Of a stretch of DNA of 32,000 nucleotides, positions 8,198 through 16,199 are shown piece by piece. Within the stretch, counting starts at the first letter, position 1; each line of letters begins with the position of its first letter. Origin of the DNA: Opitutales bacterium (lineage in GTDB: Bacteria > Verrucomicrobiota > Verrucomicrobiia > Opitutales > PNEW01). A model generated the notes under the pieces. The model was not told the DNA's origin. It did no database searches and saw only the letters and a list, made by a program, of their open reading frames with translations. Position numbers and translations under genes: made by a program. The stretch spans positions 240,001 to 272,000 of the forward strand of contig CBDCNV010000001.1 in NCBI GenBank assembly GCA_965219535.1, read 5' to 3'.

Positions 8198-9546
8198 TCA
8201 GTGTCACCTAAGCTGGGGCCGCCGCTGCGGTCGCCGACGTTAGCGAAGATTGATTTTAAAGCCGGGCCTTCCAATAATTCAACAACATTTCCATCCTCGA
8301 TCGCTTTATCAACCAATTGTAACACGCGTTCGTAAATAGGCATCGTGTCATCGATTATCTCCTGGGTGTGCGCCAAGTTCATAAAATGGTAACCAATGAA
8401 GAGCAGCCCGTGCCGGATACACTCCTGCTGAAAAAGACTTTTTATTTCACTGTAATCGTAGCCCCCCGCAGCTTTAAATGTGACTGTGGTTTTTGGCGGA
8501 TAACCTTCAAGGGAAATATAGGAAATACCCAATTTCTCGGTTAGTGCTTTGAAACGCTCTTGTAAATGTTTACCGCTTTCCCAGATTTTTCCGATCACAT
8601 CGTTGTCGCGCATATAATTGATACACGCTATGGATGCGGCCATCCCGGTCGTCTCACCGCTGAAGGTACAGGAATAAAAAACATTCTTATCATCAAAATC
8701 TTTCATCACCTCACGTTTTCCGACGAGTGCTGAGATCGGACTGCCATTTGCCATCGCCTTACCAAAGCAAGCGAGATCAGGTGTTACCCCGAAGTATTCC
8801 TGCGCGCCACCCATTGACCACCGAAATCCAGTAATAATTTCATCGAAGACAAGGACGGCGCCCGCTTTGTGGACCAACTCCTTTACTGTTTCCAAATAAC
8901 CCGGGTGAGGTTCTTCAACATAGACGGGCTCCATAATCACGCAGGCGACATTACCTTCATTTTCAGCGAGGAGCGTCCTCAGGCCATCGAGATCATTATA
9001 GGAAAAGGATTTGGTTAAATCGCGTACCGCCTGGGGTATCCCGGCATTGCGTTCGGTCGATCCAATGTACCAGTCCTGAAAGCCGTGATAGCCACCGCAG
9101 AGTACGACATCACGTCCGGTATGGGCTCGCGATAAGCGTACCGCAATGCTCGTGACATCGCTTCCGTTGCGCCCCATTCTCACCATCTCGGCACAGGGTA
9201 TCAACTCGCAGAGCAATTCACTGAGCTCGACTTCAAGCGGATGACAGAGACCAAACACGTGGCCGTCTTCCAATTGCTTTTTGACCGCGTCGTTAACCGC
9301 GGGATGACCGTATCCTAAGATATAAGGCCCCAGGCCTGAAGCGTAGTCAATATACCGGTTACCGTCGACATCGTAAACATAAGCACCTTCACCACGCTGA
9401 ATAAAGTTAGGGGTGACACCTTGAATCCAGTTTTGTGGTCCACGGCTCAGGGTATTGGTTGTTGACGGGACAACTTTTTTTGCCCTTTCAAAATATTGGC
9501 GCGAGCGTGTTAAAGTTCTCTCTTGTGAGGAAGTGCTAGTACTCAT
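8191..9546 (-). CDS. Class-III (PLP) aminotransferase, glutamate-1-semialdehyde aminomutase-like paralogue
   Basis: Contains GGYHGFQDWY, VLVFDEIITGFRWSMGGAQEYFGVTPDLACFGKAMANG (PLP lysine in FGK), and MEPV. Length is 451 aa. Confidence 0.8.
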   Translation of the reverse strand: MSTSTSSQERTLTRSRQYFERAKKVVPSTTNTLSRGPQNWIQGVTPNFIQRGEGAYVYDVDGNRYIDYASGLGPYILGYGHPAVNDAVKKQLEDGHVFGLCHPLEVELSELLCELIPCAEMVRMGRNGSDVTSIAVRLSRAHTGRDVVLCGGYHGFQDWYIGSTERNAGIPQAVRDLTKSFSYNDLDGLRTLLAENEGNVACVIMEPVYVEEPHPGYLETVKELVHKAGAVLVFDEIITGFRWSMGGAQEYFGVTPDLACFGKAMANGSPISALVGKREVMKDFDDKNVFYSCTFSGETTGMAASIACINYMRDNDVIGKIWESGKHLQERFKALTEKLGISYISLEGYPPKTTVTFKAAGGYDYSEIKSLFQQECIRHGLLFIGYHFMNLAHTQEIIDDTMPIYERVLQLVDKAIEDGNVVELLEGPALKSIFANVGDRSGGPSLGDTDA

Positions 9547-9591
9547 GGGAATTTTGTTTTCGGGTTTTACAATTTACAATGAACGATTTAA

Positions 9592-9616
9592 CCTTGATTC
9601 TTCAACCCAATCAAGG
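9592..9616 (+). promoter_or_regulatory. 8-bp hairpin (CCTTGATT / AATCAAGG, 9-nt loop) whose 3' arm overlaps the Shine-Dalgarno sequence of the downstream small ORF
   Basis: The arms are 9592-9599 and 9609-9616. The SD AAGGAGG is at 9613-9619 and the ATG at 9626. Confidence 0.3.
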
Positions 9617-9625
9617 AGGTAATCT

Positions 9626-9883
9626 ATGAAACTTAATGTTAAAGCGTTTGGACTGGCCTCAGGTATTCTCTGGGGAGTAGGTGTGTTTTTACTGGCGTGG
9701 TGGCTGATCATCCTAGAAGGATCTTCTGGTGATCCCACTGCTCTCGGGCGTGTCTACAAGGGGTTTTCAATCAGCCCTCTCGGCAGCGTCATCGGTCTGG
9801 TCTGGGGATTTTTCGACGGGCTTATCGGCGGGCTCATATTCGCCTGGCTCTATAATAAGTTAGCGTCTGGATCTCAAGCGTGA
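9626..9883 (+). CDS. Small (85 aa) glycine-rich two-TM membrane protein, function unknown
   Basis: Has a strong SD (AAGGAGG, 6 nt before ATG). Two hydrophobic segments are visible: GLASGILWGVGVFLLAWWLIIL and GLVWGFFDGLIGGLIFAWLY. Confidence 0.55.
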   Translation: MKLNVKAFGLASGILWGVGVFLLAWWLIILEGSSGDPTALGRVYKGFSISPLGSVIGLVWGFFDGLIGGLIFAWLYNKLASGSQA

Positions 9884-9975
9884 ACGCGGGAAAGCGTGTA
9901 CGCGTAAATGCGGGAAAGAGTGAATGATATAACTGGAGGGACGCGCGAGAACGCGTGTAAGCGTTGATGCGGATA
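9878..9975 (+). repeat. GCGTGAA/GCGGGAAAG word array starting inside the last codons of the small ORF
   Basis: The sequence is GCGTGAACGCGGGAAAGCGTGTACGCGTAAATGCGGGAAAGAGTGAATG...TGGAGGGACGCGCGAGAACGCGTGTAAGCGTTGATGCGGATATG. It contains the 14-mer TGGAGGGACGCGCG (9934-9947), also found at 19208-19221. Confidence 0.8.
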
Positions 9976-9983
9976 TGATTGAA

Positions 9984-10048
9984 GTCAAAAGGTCAAAAGG
10001 TCAAAAAGGGGGGAGAGACCTGTTGTAGTGAACGGTGAACAGGGAAAA
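9984..10048 (+). repeat. Second copy of the modular array: (GTCAAAAG)x3, GGGGGG, spacer, (GTGAACR)x2 plus GGGAAAA
   Basis: GTCAAAAG lies at 9984-9991 and 9992-9999, GTCAAAAAG at 10000-10008, and a G-run at 10008-10013. GTGAACG GTGAACA GGGAAAA lies at 10028-10048. Confidence 0.85.
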
Positions 10049-10110
10049 TTCTCCGCTTTTCCTCTTACACGCTTCTACGCATAATCGCGGAAACGTGGTA
10101 ACGCGTTACC
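10049..10110 (+). repeat. Complementary-word array (CCGCTTTTCC, CTTACACGC, TTCTACGC) ending in a perfect 14-bp palindrome GGTAACGCGTTACC that overlaps the dapL stop codon
   Basis: CTTACACGC (10064-10072) is the reverse complement of GCGTGTAAG (9953-9961). The palindrome lies at 10097-10110, and the dapL stop is the complement of 10106-10108. Confidence 0.7.
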
Positions 10111-11341
10111 GCAGAACTTCGCTGATGCGTTCCATCGCGAGGGTCACGTTTTCGCGATTGTTAAAAGCGCTGAGGCGGATATGACCTTCTCCGCAGGATC
10201 CGAAGCCGGAGCCGGGAGTAGTGACGACACCCGCTTTTTCGAGGAGTAGATCGAATGATTCCCATGAATCTTTTCCGGTGTACATCCAGATATAGGGTGA
10301 GTTATCACCGCCGACACAGTCATAACCTAACTTGGTAATCGCCTCGCGAATAACACGGGCGTTTCCGAGGTAATAATCGGTGAGATCTCTTACTTGTTTT
10401 TGCCCCTCGGCAGTGTAAACTGAAGCCGCGGCTTGCTGCACGGGATAGGACACCCCGTTCATTTTTGTGCTTTGTCGGCGGTTCCACAAAGGGTGAATCA
10501 GCTGTTCTCCCCCTTGGCTGTCACTTGCTTTTAAATTTTCAGGGATGACCGTAAATGCACAACGAACGCCTGTGAAGCCCGCTGTTTTAGAAAAGCTCCT
10601 GAGTTCGATCGCTACATCTTTGGCGCCCTCGATTTCATAAATAGACTGCGGCAGTGCCTCATCGCGGACATAACTGACATAGGCGGCATCATAAAGGATG
10701 ATCGCTTTATTCTCCCTCGCGTAATCAACCCACTTTTTCAGCTGATCCTTTGTTACCATCGCCCCCGTAGGGTTATTGGGAAAACAGAGATAAATTAAAT
10801 CCATCGTCTCATTTGGAATCTCTGGAATATAATGATTTTGCGGAGTGGAATCGAGATAGACCACATTTTCAAAACGTCCATTGTGCTCAGTTCCGGTACG
10901 ACCTGCCATGACATTAGTATCGAGGTAAACCGGATAGACTGGATCGGTAATCGCAACTTTCGTATCGATGGCAAATATTTCCTGGATATTCGCGGAGTCA
11001 CACTTGGATCCGTCACTGACAAATATTTCATTCGCCGAGATGTCCGCACCGCGTGACTGAAATTCATTTTTCGCGATCGCCTCTCTTAAAAAATCGTAAC
11101 CCTGTTCGGGTCCATAACCACGAAAAGTATCCCGTTGCCCCATTTCATCGACGGCGGCATGAAAAGCATCGAGACAGGCTTGGGGCAGGGGCTCGGTGAC
11201 ATCGCCAATACCCAGTCTGATGATTTCCTGATCCGGATTATTTTTCTGATGAGCTGAAACGCGATTAGCAATTTCTAAAAAGAGATAAGACGCCTTCAGC
11301 TTGAGGTAGTGTTCATTGATGATAATCATAGTCGGTATCAA
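10106..11341 (-). CDS. dapL: LL-diaminopimelate aminotransferase
   Basis: The N-terminus [21 protein letters not shown] is the DapL hallmark NxNYLKLKAGYLFPEI. Also contains [17 protein letters not shown] (PLP Lys) and a class I/II aminotransferase fold. Length is 411 aa; the true start may be a few codons downstream. Confidence 0.8.
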   Translation of the reverse strand: MIPTMIIINEHYLKLKASYLFLEIANRVSAHQKNNPDQEIIRLGIGDVTEPLPQACLDAFHAAVDEMGQRDTFRGYGPEQGYDFLREAIAKNEFQSRGADISANEIFVSDGSKCDSANIQEIFAIDTKVAITDPVYPVYLDTNVMAGRTGTEHNGRFENVVYLDSTPQNHYIPEIPNETMDLIYLCFPNNPTGAMVTKDQLKKWVDYARENKAIILYDAAYVSYVRDEALPQSIYEIEGAKDVAIELRSFSKTAGFTGVRCAFTVIPENLKASDSQGGEQLIHPLWNRRQSTKMNGVSYPVQQAAASVYTAEGQKQVRDLTDYYLGNARVIREAITKLGYDCVGGDNSPYIWMYTGKDSWESFDLLLEKAGVVTTPGSGFGSCGEGHIRLSAFNNRENVTLAMERISEVLR

Positions 11342-11420
11342 TCGCTTAATCTTGTCGTTTTAATGAAATTTTGATCTCCTCATATTTTGAAGCTAAGAAC
11401 TGTACGGAGGATCCTGGCAA

Positions 11421-12263
11421 ATGCAAACAATTGAATCTATAAACGAGATGCAATCGTTAGCAATTAACTTGCGAAGCGAAAAGAAGCTCATCGGTTTCGT
11501 CCCAACTTTGGGGGGATTACATGAAGGGCATCTGAGTCTTGTCGACTATGCGAAAAAAAAAGCTGATGTCGTGGTGGCTTCGATATATTTAAATCCCGAA
11601 CAATTTGGGCCGAATGAGGATTTTGATCGCTACCCGCGAACGATGGAGAATGACTTAAGTCAGCTCGAAGAACGTAAAGTGGATTTTGTATTTATCCCCG
11701 ATACAAAAAGCATCTATCCGGACGATCATTCAACTTATTTGGTGGAGGAAAAATTGAGTGCTGGGTTATGCGGGATATCAAGACCCGTTTATTTCCGCGG
11801 CGTGGCCACTGTTGTAGCGATCCTCTTTAATATCGTGCGTCCGGATTTCGCGGTATTTGGTCAAAAAGATGCCCAGCAATGCGCGGTCATTAAAAAATTT
11901 GTACGCGACTTGCGATTTCCGATTGAAATCGACGTGTGCCCGACGGTTCGTGAAAAGGATGGCCTGGCGATGAGTTCGCGAAATGCCTACATGGATGATG
12001 TCCAACGCAGAGAGGCCTGTGCGCTCTATCAATCGCTTCAAAAGGTTGAAAAAATGATTCGTGGAGGTGAGAAAAGTGTGAATCGTATAATTGAAGAAAT
12101 TACTAATTACCTATCAGCATTTTCGCACCTGCGTTTAATCTATGCATCGGTCGTGCATCGCGACTCGCTGGAACCGCTTGGAGAGATAGCTCCCGAGCAG
12201 TCTCTGGTTGCTATTGCCGCCTGGTGCGACGATATACGAATTATCGATAACATTGTCATCTAA
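11421..12263 (+). CDS. panC: Pantoate--beta-alanine ligase
   Basis: Contains VPTLGGLHEGHLSLV (HxGH), FGQKDAQQ and SSRN motifs. Length is 280 aa, with an ACGGAGGA SD upstream. Confidence 0.9.
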   Translation: MQTIESINEMQSLAINLRSEKKLIGFVPTLGGLHEGHLSLVDYAKKKADVVVASIYLNPEQFGPNEDFDRYPRTMENDLSQLEERKVDFVFIPDTKSIYPDDHSTYLVEEKLSAGLCGISRPVYFRGVATVVAILFNIVRPDFAVFGQKDAQQCAVIKKFVRDLRFPIEIDVCPTVREKDGLAMSSRNAYMDDVQRREACALYQSLQKVEKMIRGGEKSVNRIIEEITNYLSAFSHLRLIYASVVHRDSLEPLGEIAPEQSLVAIAAWCDDIRIIDNIVI

Positions 12264-12284
12264 AAATAAAATCACAATCCGTTC

Positions 12285-13892
12285 ATGGAACATGATTACG
12301 ACGTCATTGTAGTAGGCAGTGGAATAGCCGGCCTCAGTTTTGCGCTCAGGGTAGCGGAAAAAGATTACACGGTTGCGATTATTACTAAAAAAACCCGGGC
12401 TGAATCCAATACCAATTACGCCCAGGGAGGTATTGCCTGTGTTACTTCAGAGGGAGATGATTTTGAATTTCATGTGCGCGATACACTTGAAGCGGGTGAC
12501 GGTCTTTGTGATGAGTCGGTGGTGCGCGAGATTGTCAATGACGGTCCGGCCCGCATCCAGGAATTAATTGATCTCGGGGTGCATTTTTCCCAACTCAATG
12601 ATGGGCGCCCCTCGCTGGGAAAAGAGGGGGGGCATTCTAAACGACGCATACTCCACGTCCAGGACATTACAGGCAAAGCAATCGAGTCAGCGTTACTGGG
12701 AGCGGTCGCGCGGATGAAAAACATTACGACGCTCGAGCATTTTTTTGCCATTGATTTGATAAAACGCAGCACTCTCGTCGAGGGTGTTGATTCTACTCCC
12801 GGTAGTGACGATAAAGCGGTCGGTCTCTATGCGCTCGATGTTCGTACAGGTGTGGTCGAATCGTTCCGATCGAGAGTGGTGTTAATGGCTACAGGTGGAG
12901 CGGGCCAAGCCTATCAATATACGACGAATCCCGATATCGCTACGGGTGATGGAATTGCAATGGCTTTTCGCGCGGGGGTTGAGATTGAGAACATGGAATT
13001 TATTCAGTTTCACCCGACGACGCTCTATACCAACTCCGATGAAAGGTTCCTCATCAGTGAGGCCGTTCGTGGAGAGGGGGCAATCTTACGCAATACAGAT
13101 GAGCGGGCGTTTATGAAAAATTTTCATCACCAAGCTGATCTCGCGCCACGCGACATCGTTGCGCGTGCGATCGATAGTGAAATGAAGCAATCGGGCGCCC
13201 ACCATCTCTGGTTGGATATTACCCATCATTCAGCTGAAGTTCTCGAAGACCGTTTTCCCACGATCTATAATACCTGTATCCAGCACGGGATCAATATGGC
13301 ACAAGATTTTATTCCCGTCGTGCCCGCGGCCCATTACCTGTGCGGTGGGATTAAGACAAATACGCACGCCGTAACCAGTTTAAACGGACTTTTTGCCTGT
13401 GGCGAAGTTGCCTGTACGGGGTTACACGGCGCCAATCGCCTTGCGAGTAATTCACTCTTAGAAGCGGTTGTTCTCGCTCACAATGGAGCTGAAAAAGTAT
13501 TGAATTATTTGGAGCGGAATAAGGAGGAGACTTTTGATCTACCCGACTGGATTGATGGTGATGTGCAAGACAGTGATGAACGCGTGATCCTTTCTCATAA
13601 TTCAGAGGAATTAAAACGAGCGATGTGGGACTATGTTGCTATAGTCCGCACGACTAAACGCCTGGAACGAGCGCAAACGCGTATTCAAAACCTCGCTAAA
13701 GAGATAGCTGATTACTATTGGAATTTTAAAGTGGAACCACGCCTCCTTGAACTACGCAATCTAATCCAGGTCGCTGAGCTTATTGTTAAATGCGCTCTTC
13801 AGCGAAAAGAGAGCCGGGGGCTCCACTATGTATTAGATCATCCCGAGAAAAACGCTGAACCGGAAAATACGTATATGCGGAAAAGCGATTGA
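12285..13892 (+). CDS. nadB: L-aspartate oxidase
   Basis: Contains the VIVVGSGIAGLS FAD dinucleotide motif, FIQFHPT, and ACTGLHGANRLASNSLLE. Length is 535 aa. The last codons (YMRKSD) overlap GCG-word sequence (GTATATGCGG). Confidence 0.9.
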   Translation: MEHDYDVIVVGSGIAGLSFALRVAEKDYTVAIITKKTRAESNTNYAQGGIACVTSEGDDFEFHVRDTLEAGDGLCDESVVREIVNDGPARIQELIDLGVHFSQLNDGRPSLGKEGGHSKRRILHVQDITGKAIESALLGAVARMKNITTLEHFFAIDLIKRSTLVEGVDSTPGSDDKAVGLYALDVRTGVVESFRSRVVLMATGGAGQAYQYTTNPDIATGDGIAMAFRAGVEIENMEFIQFHPTTLYTNSDERFLISEAVRGEGAILRNTDERAFMKNFHHQADLAPRDIVARAIDSEMKQSGAHHLWLDITHHSAEVLEDRFPTIYNTCIQHGINMAQDFIPVVPAAHYLCGGIKTNTHAVTSLNGLFACGEVACTGLHGANRLASNSLLEAVVLAHNGAEKVLNYLERNKEETFDLPDWIDGDVQDSDERVILSHNSEELKRAMWDYVAIVRTTKRLERAQTRIQNLAKEIADYYWNFKVEPRLLELRNLIQVAELIVKCALQRKESRGLHYVLDHPEKNAEPENTYMRKSD

Positions 13893-14000
13893 GGGATGCG
13901 TGGAATATTGGAAGAATGGATGTGTGGATGATTGGAAGCGGAGATGCGTGAATGTGGGGAAGCGTATAAGCGGATAAGCGGGGATGCGTGGAAGCGGGAT
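13893..14000 (+). repeat. GCGTGGAA/GGAAGCGG word array (left arm of a long imperfect inverted repeat)
   Basis: GGGATGCGTGGAA occurs at 13893-13905 and again at 13981-13993. Bases 13945-13973 are complementary to 14131-14159 at 25 of 29 positions. Confidence 0.8.
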
Positions 14001-14020
14001 ATCCGAATTTATTTTATATA

Positions 14021-14128
14021 AGGTGGAGCGGGCTGCCTGACCGCCATAGCTTCAAGCAACGGCTGGTTCTCAGCACGCTTCTTTAATTTCGACTTGATCT
14101 AACGCGCTAGGGACAGCGCGTTCCACCT
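14021..14128 (+). mobile_element. MITE-like / structured repeat element, copy 1 (108 bp, terminal inverted repeats AGGTGGAGCG...CGCGTTCCACCT)
   Basis: It shares AGGTGGAGCGGGCTGGTTCYCAGCACGCTTCTTTA and AACGCGSTAGGGACASCGCGTTCCACCT with the reverse complement of 16200-16278. It carries an extra 30 nt (14036-14065) bounded by a GGCTG direct repeat, and it is flanked by TA on both sides. Confidence 0.7.
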
Positions 14129-14130
14129 TA

Positions 14131-14159
14131 CCGCATATACGCTTCTCCGCATTCACGCG
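14131..14159 (+). repeat. Complementary-word arm CCGCATATACGCTTCTCCGCATTCACGCG overlapping the OsmC stop codon
   Basis: This is the right arm of the 25/29 inverted repeat with 13945-13973. CCGCATATACGC is the reverse complement of GCGTATATGCGG at 2893-2904. Confidence 0.8.
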
Positions 14160-14608
14160 ACCCGCGTATCCACCGTCACTTCGGTGGTTACGGAATTAGC
14201 GATAAAGCACTCGCGATGGGCTTTATCGTGCAGGGCATTCAGCTCCTCTTCCGAGGGTATTTTTTCTCCACTAAATTGGATGGTTGGCTTTAGCGTGACT
14301 TGAGTGACGGCCATTCTACCGGATTCATTTTTACCTAATATTCCGACAGCCTCGTCGACATAACTGTCGATCGTAAATCCCTGGTAGGAAGCTATGGCTA
14401 AAAATGTAAGCATATGACAGCTGGATAAGGAGGCTACATAGGCATCTTCGGGATTAACGCATTCGGCTTTACCTAAATAGCCAGGCGCGGCTGAGGCCTG
14501 AACTACGATTCCGTTTTCGAAATTCCAGGTGTGCTCCCGATTGTAATTTTTATATTGGAAGTCATCACTTTCGCGACTCCAGTTTACGCTTACTTTATGT
14601 TCGGACAT
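14153..14608 (-). CDS. OsmC/Ohr-family peroxiredoxin-like protein
   Basis: A 151-aa protein with two conserved-type cysteines (SLSSCHMLTFLAIA and AHRECFIANS), typical of the OsmC family. Confidence 0.75.
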   Translation of the reverse strand: MSEHKVSVNWSRESDDFQYKNYNREHTWNFENGIVVQASAAPGYLGKAECVNPEDAYVASLSSCHMLTFLAIASYQGFTIDSYVDEAVGILGKNESGRMAVTQVTLKPTIQFSGEKIPSEEELNALHDKAHRECFIANSVTTEVTVDTRVA

Positions 14609-14610
14609 GG

Positions 14611-16039
14611 TCAGCTAATTAATATGTTTTGTATATAATCATAAATACCACGGATGCCCCAAATAGTGAGAAATGACCCGCTGATCACATTGAGAATGAG
14701 CAATGTTTTTCCCATTTGCAGGGGTTTAGGCAAATATTTGCGATCGGTCCAGATCATCAGAAAACACCATAATCCGCAGGTTAAAACTCCACCGAAAATA
14801 GCCGCGGGGGTTACAATTTGAACAGGATTTCCACCCAGCCACATAATTGCCAATCCTCCCAGCCCACAATAGGCGACCACCCAAGGTCTGAGCTTAGCGA
14901 TTGGGACATTGCGTATGCGGGGGACGATCGGACGCAGGCATTCATAAGTTGTCCGAGTATAGAGTTCATAAGCGGCGAAGATGGTCCCAAAGAATGCCAT
15001 GAAGACACCAATTTGATAAAGATAGATTAATTTAGGATGAAGTAAGGTCAGGAACTCAGCCTGAACGGAGAGCAGTTGGAGGCCGTCAGGAACAATGTGT
15101 TGAGGGTGAAGGATGGCCGCCCCGAGGACCATAAAAGCAATCGTGAAGAGGACAACACAAGAAAAGGAAACGACGGCATCGGTGAGAGGCGCGATCAGCC
15201 ACCTTCGGCCCACTTTTACATTATCTTCATCGACGGCCAGACTCACCCCTTCAGGACCGACATCATTTTTGCGGTTAAGGAGTCCCCAGCCTTTTTCACG
15301 CAGCATTCCCAAGTAACCAAAGTAATCCTGCGTGCCGCCCCCTATCGCGCCTAAATAAGTGCCCAGTTCGATCCAGGCTGACCTTGAGCTGATCGCCGGA
15401 TAGGCTGGCGTGAACCCAGGCTTCGTAAGTCGGCTTGCTCGGAATTACCGCACCAAGAAACGCGGCCAGCCAGTCAGGTTTAATCGCAAAGACCGCAACT
15501 AAAATGCAGGCCAGTAGTATGGAGACGACAAATGTCTGTGTGATCTCCAGAGCTTTATAACTTTGAATAAAGGTCAACGTGACCGCGACAAAGACAATCA
15601 TGGTCCCCCACACCCTTGGATCTCCCCAAAGGGTACCACTATCCATATCGAATATCCATACCATCAGTGATCCGAGCATTTTAGGAAGTCCGGATAACCA
15701 AAGGGGGAAACAGAGAATGCTTATAATCGTCAGCGTCCAGACCGCCCACCCATGCGGCCCCGGTAAATACTTCCAGCGCTCAATGGGATGCTCACCGGTC
15801 AGGGTAATATAACGTGACGCGGTGTATACCTGGACAAATTTCATTAACCCGCCGCCAATAAAACACCATAGGAGAGTATAGCCAAAAAGAGCCCCGCCGC
15901 GCGAAGCAAATACAGTTTCACCACTACCAATAGTGACGGAGGCTATGATTGCACCCGGACCAAAAAATCGGAGCAAAGTGAGAAAGCTTAGTGATTTCAG
16001 TCCTTCAGTTAAAGGGGGGTAACGCAGAGGTTCATTCAT
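14611..16039 (-). pseudogene. Nramp-like (APC-fold) transporter interrupted by a frameshift (ORFs 15296-16039 and 14611-15312)
   Basis: The N-terminal ORF (FGPGAIIASVTIGSGETVFASRGGALFGY...) reads as a good membrane protein up to about PSKPTYEAWV. It then degrades into a basic, non-membrane tail (SLDRTGHLFRRDRGRHAGLLWLLGNAA). The other frame is open from 15444 and reads ...YPAISSRSAWIELGTYLGAIGGGTQDYFGYLGMLREKGWG, continuing into the C-terminal ORF, whose track start is only a TTG. The two frames differ by one base. Confidence 0.6.
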
Positions 16040-16199
16040 AGGTTATACAGGAGCTTGTGAGGATGATAAGAGGACAGCAAGGTTTAGGTCATGGGTATAA
16101 TCCTCGGTCGTCGATTGTCGATTGAATTTTATTTGCACCTGGTGTCGACTTGATCGACAAGGTCACTTGCTCTACCCTGTAACAATGAATAATGCAATA

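Noticed and set aside
2975-9546. Calling the GT/HpnL-like/HpnN-like/aminotransferase group a hopanoid biosynthesis cluster.
   Set aside because: No squalene-hopene cyclase, HpnH or other core hpn genes are in the window, and the GT and aminotransferase are of different subfamilies from HpnI and HpnO. It is kept only as a hypothesis in the findings.
14611-15312. Treating the two Nramp-like ORFs as separate functional genes.
   Set aside because: The downstream ORF has only a TTG at its track start, and its frame stays open with good transporter-like sequence for 44 more codons upstream. The upstream ORF ends in an obviously out-of-frame tail. A single interrupted gene explains both observations.
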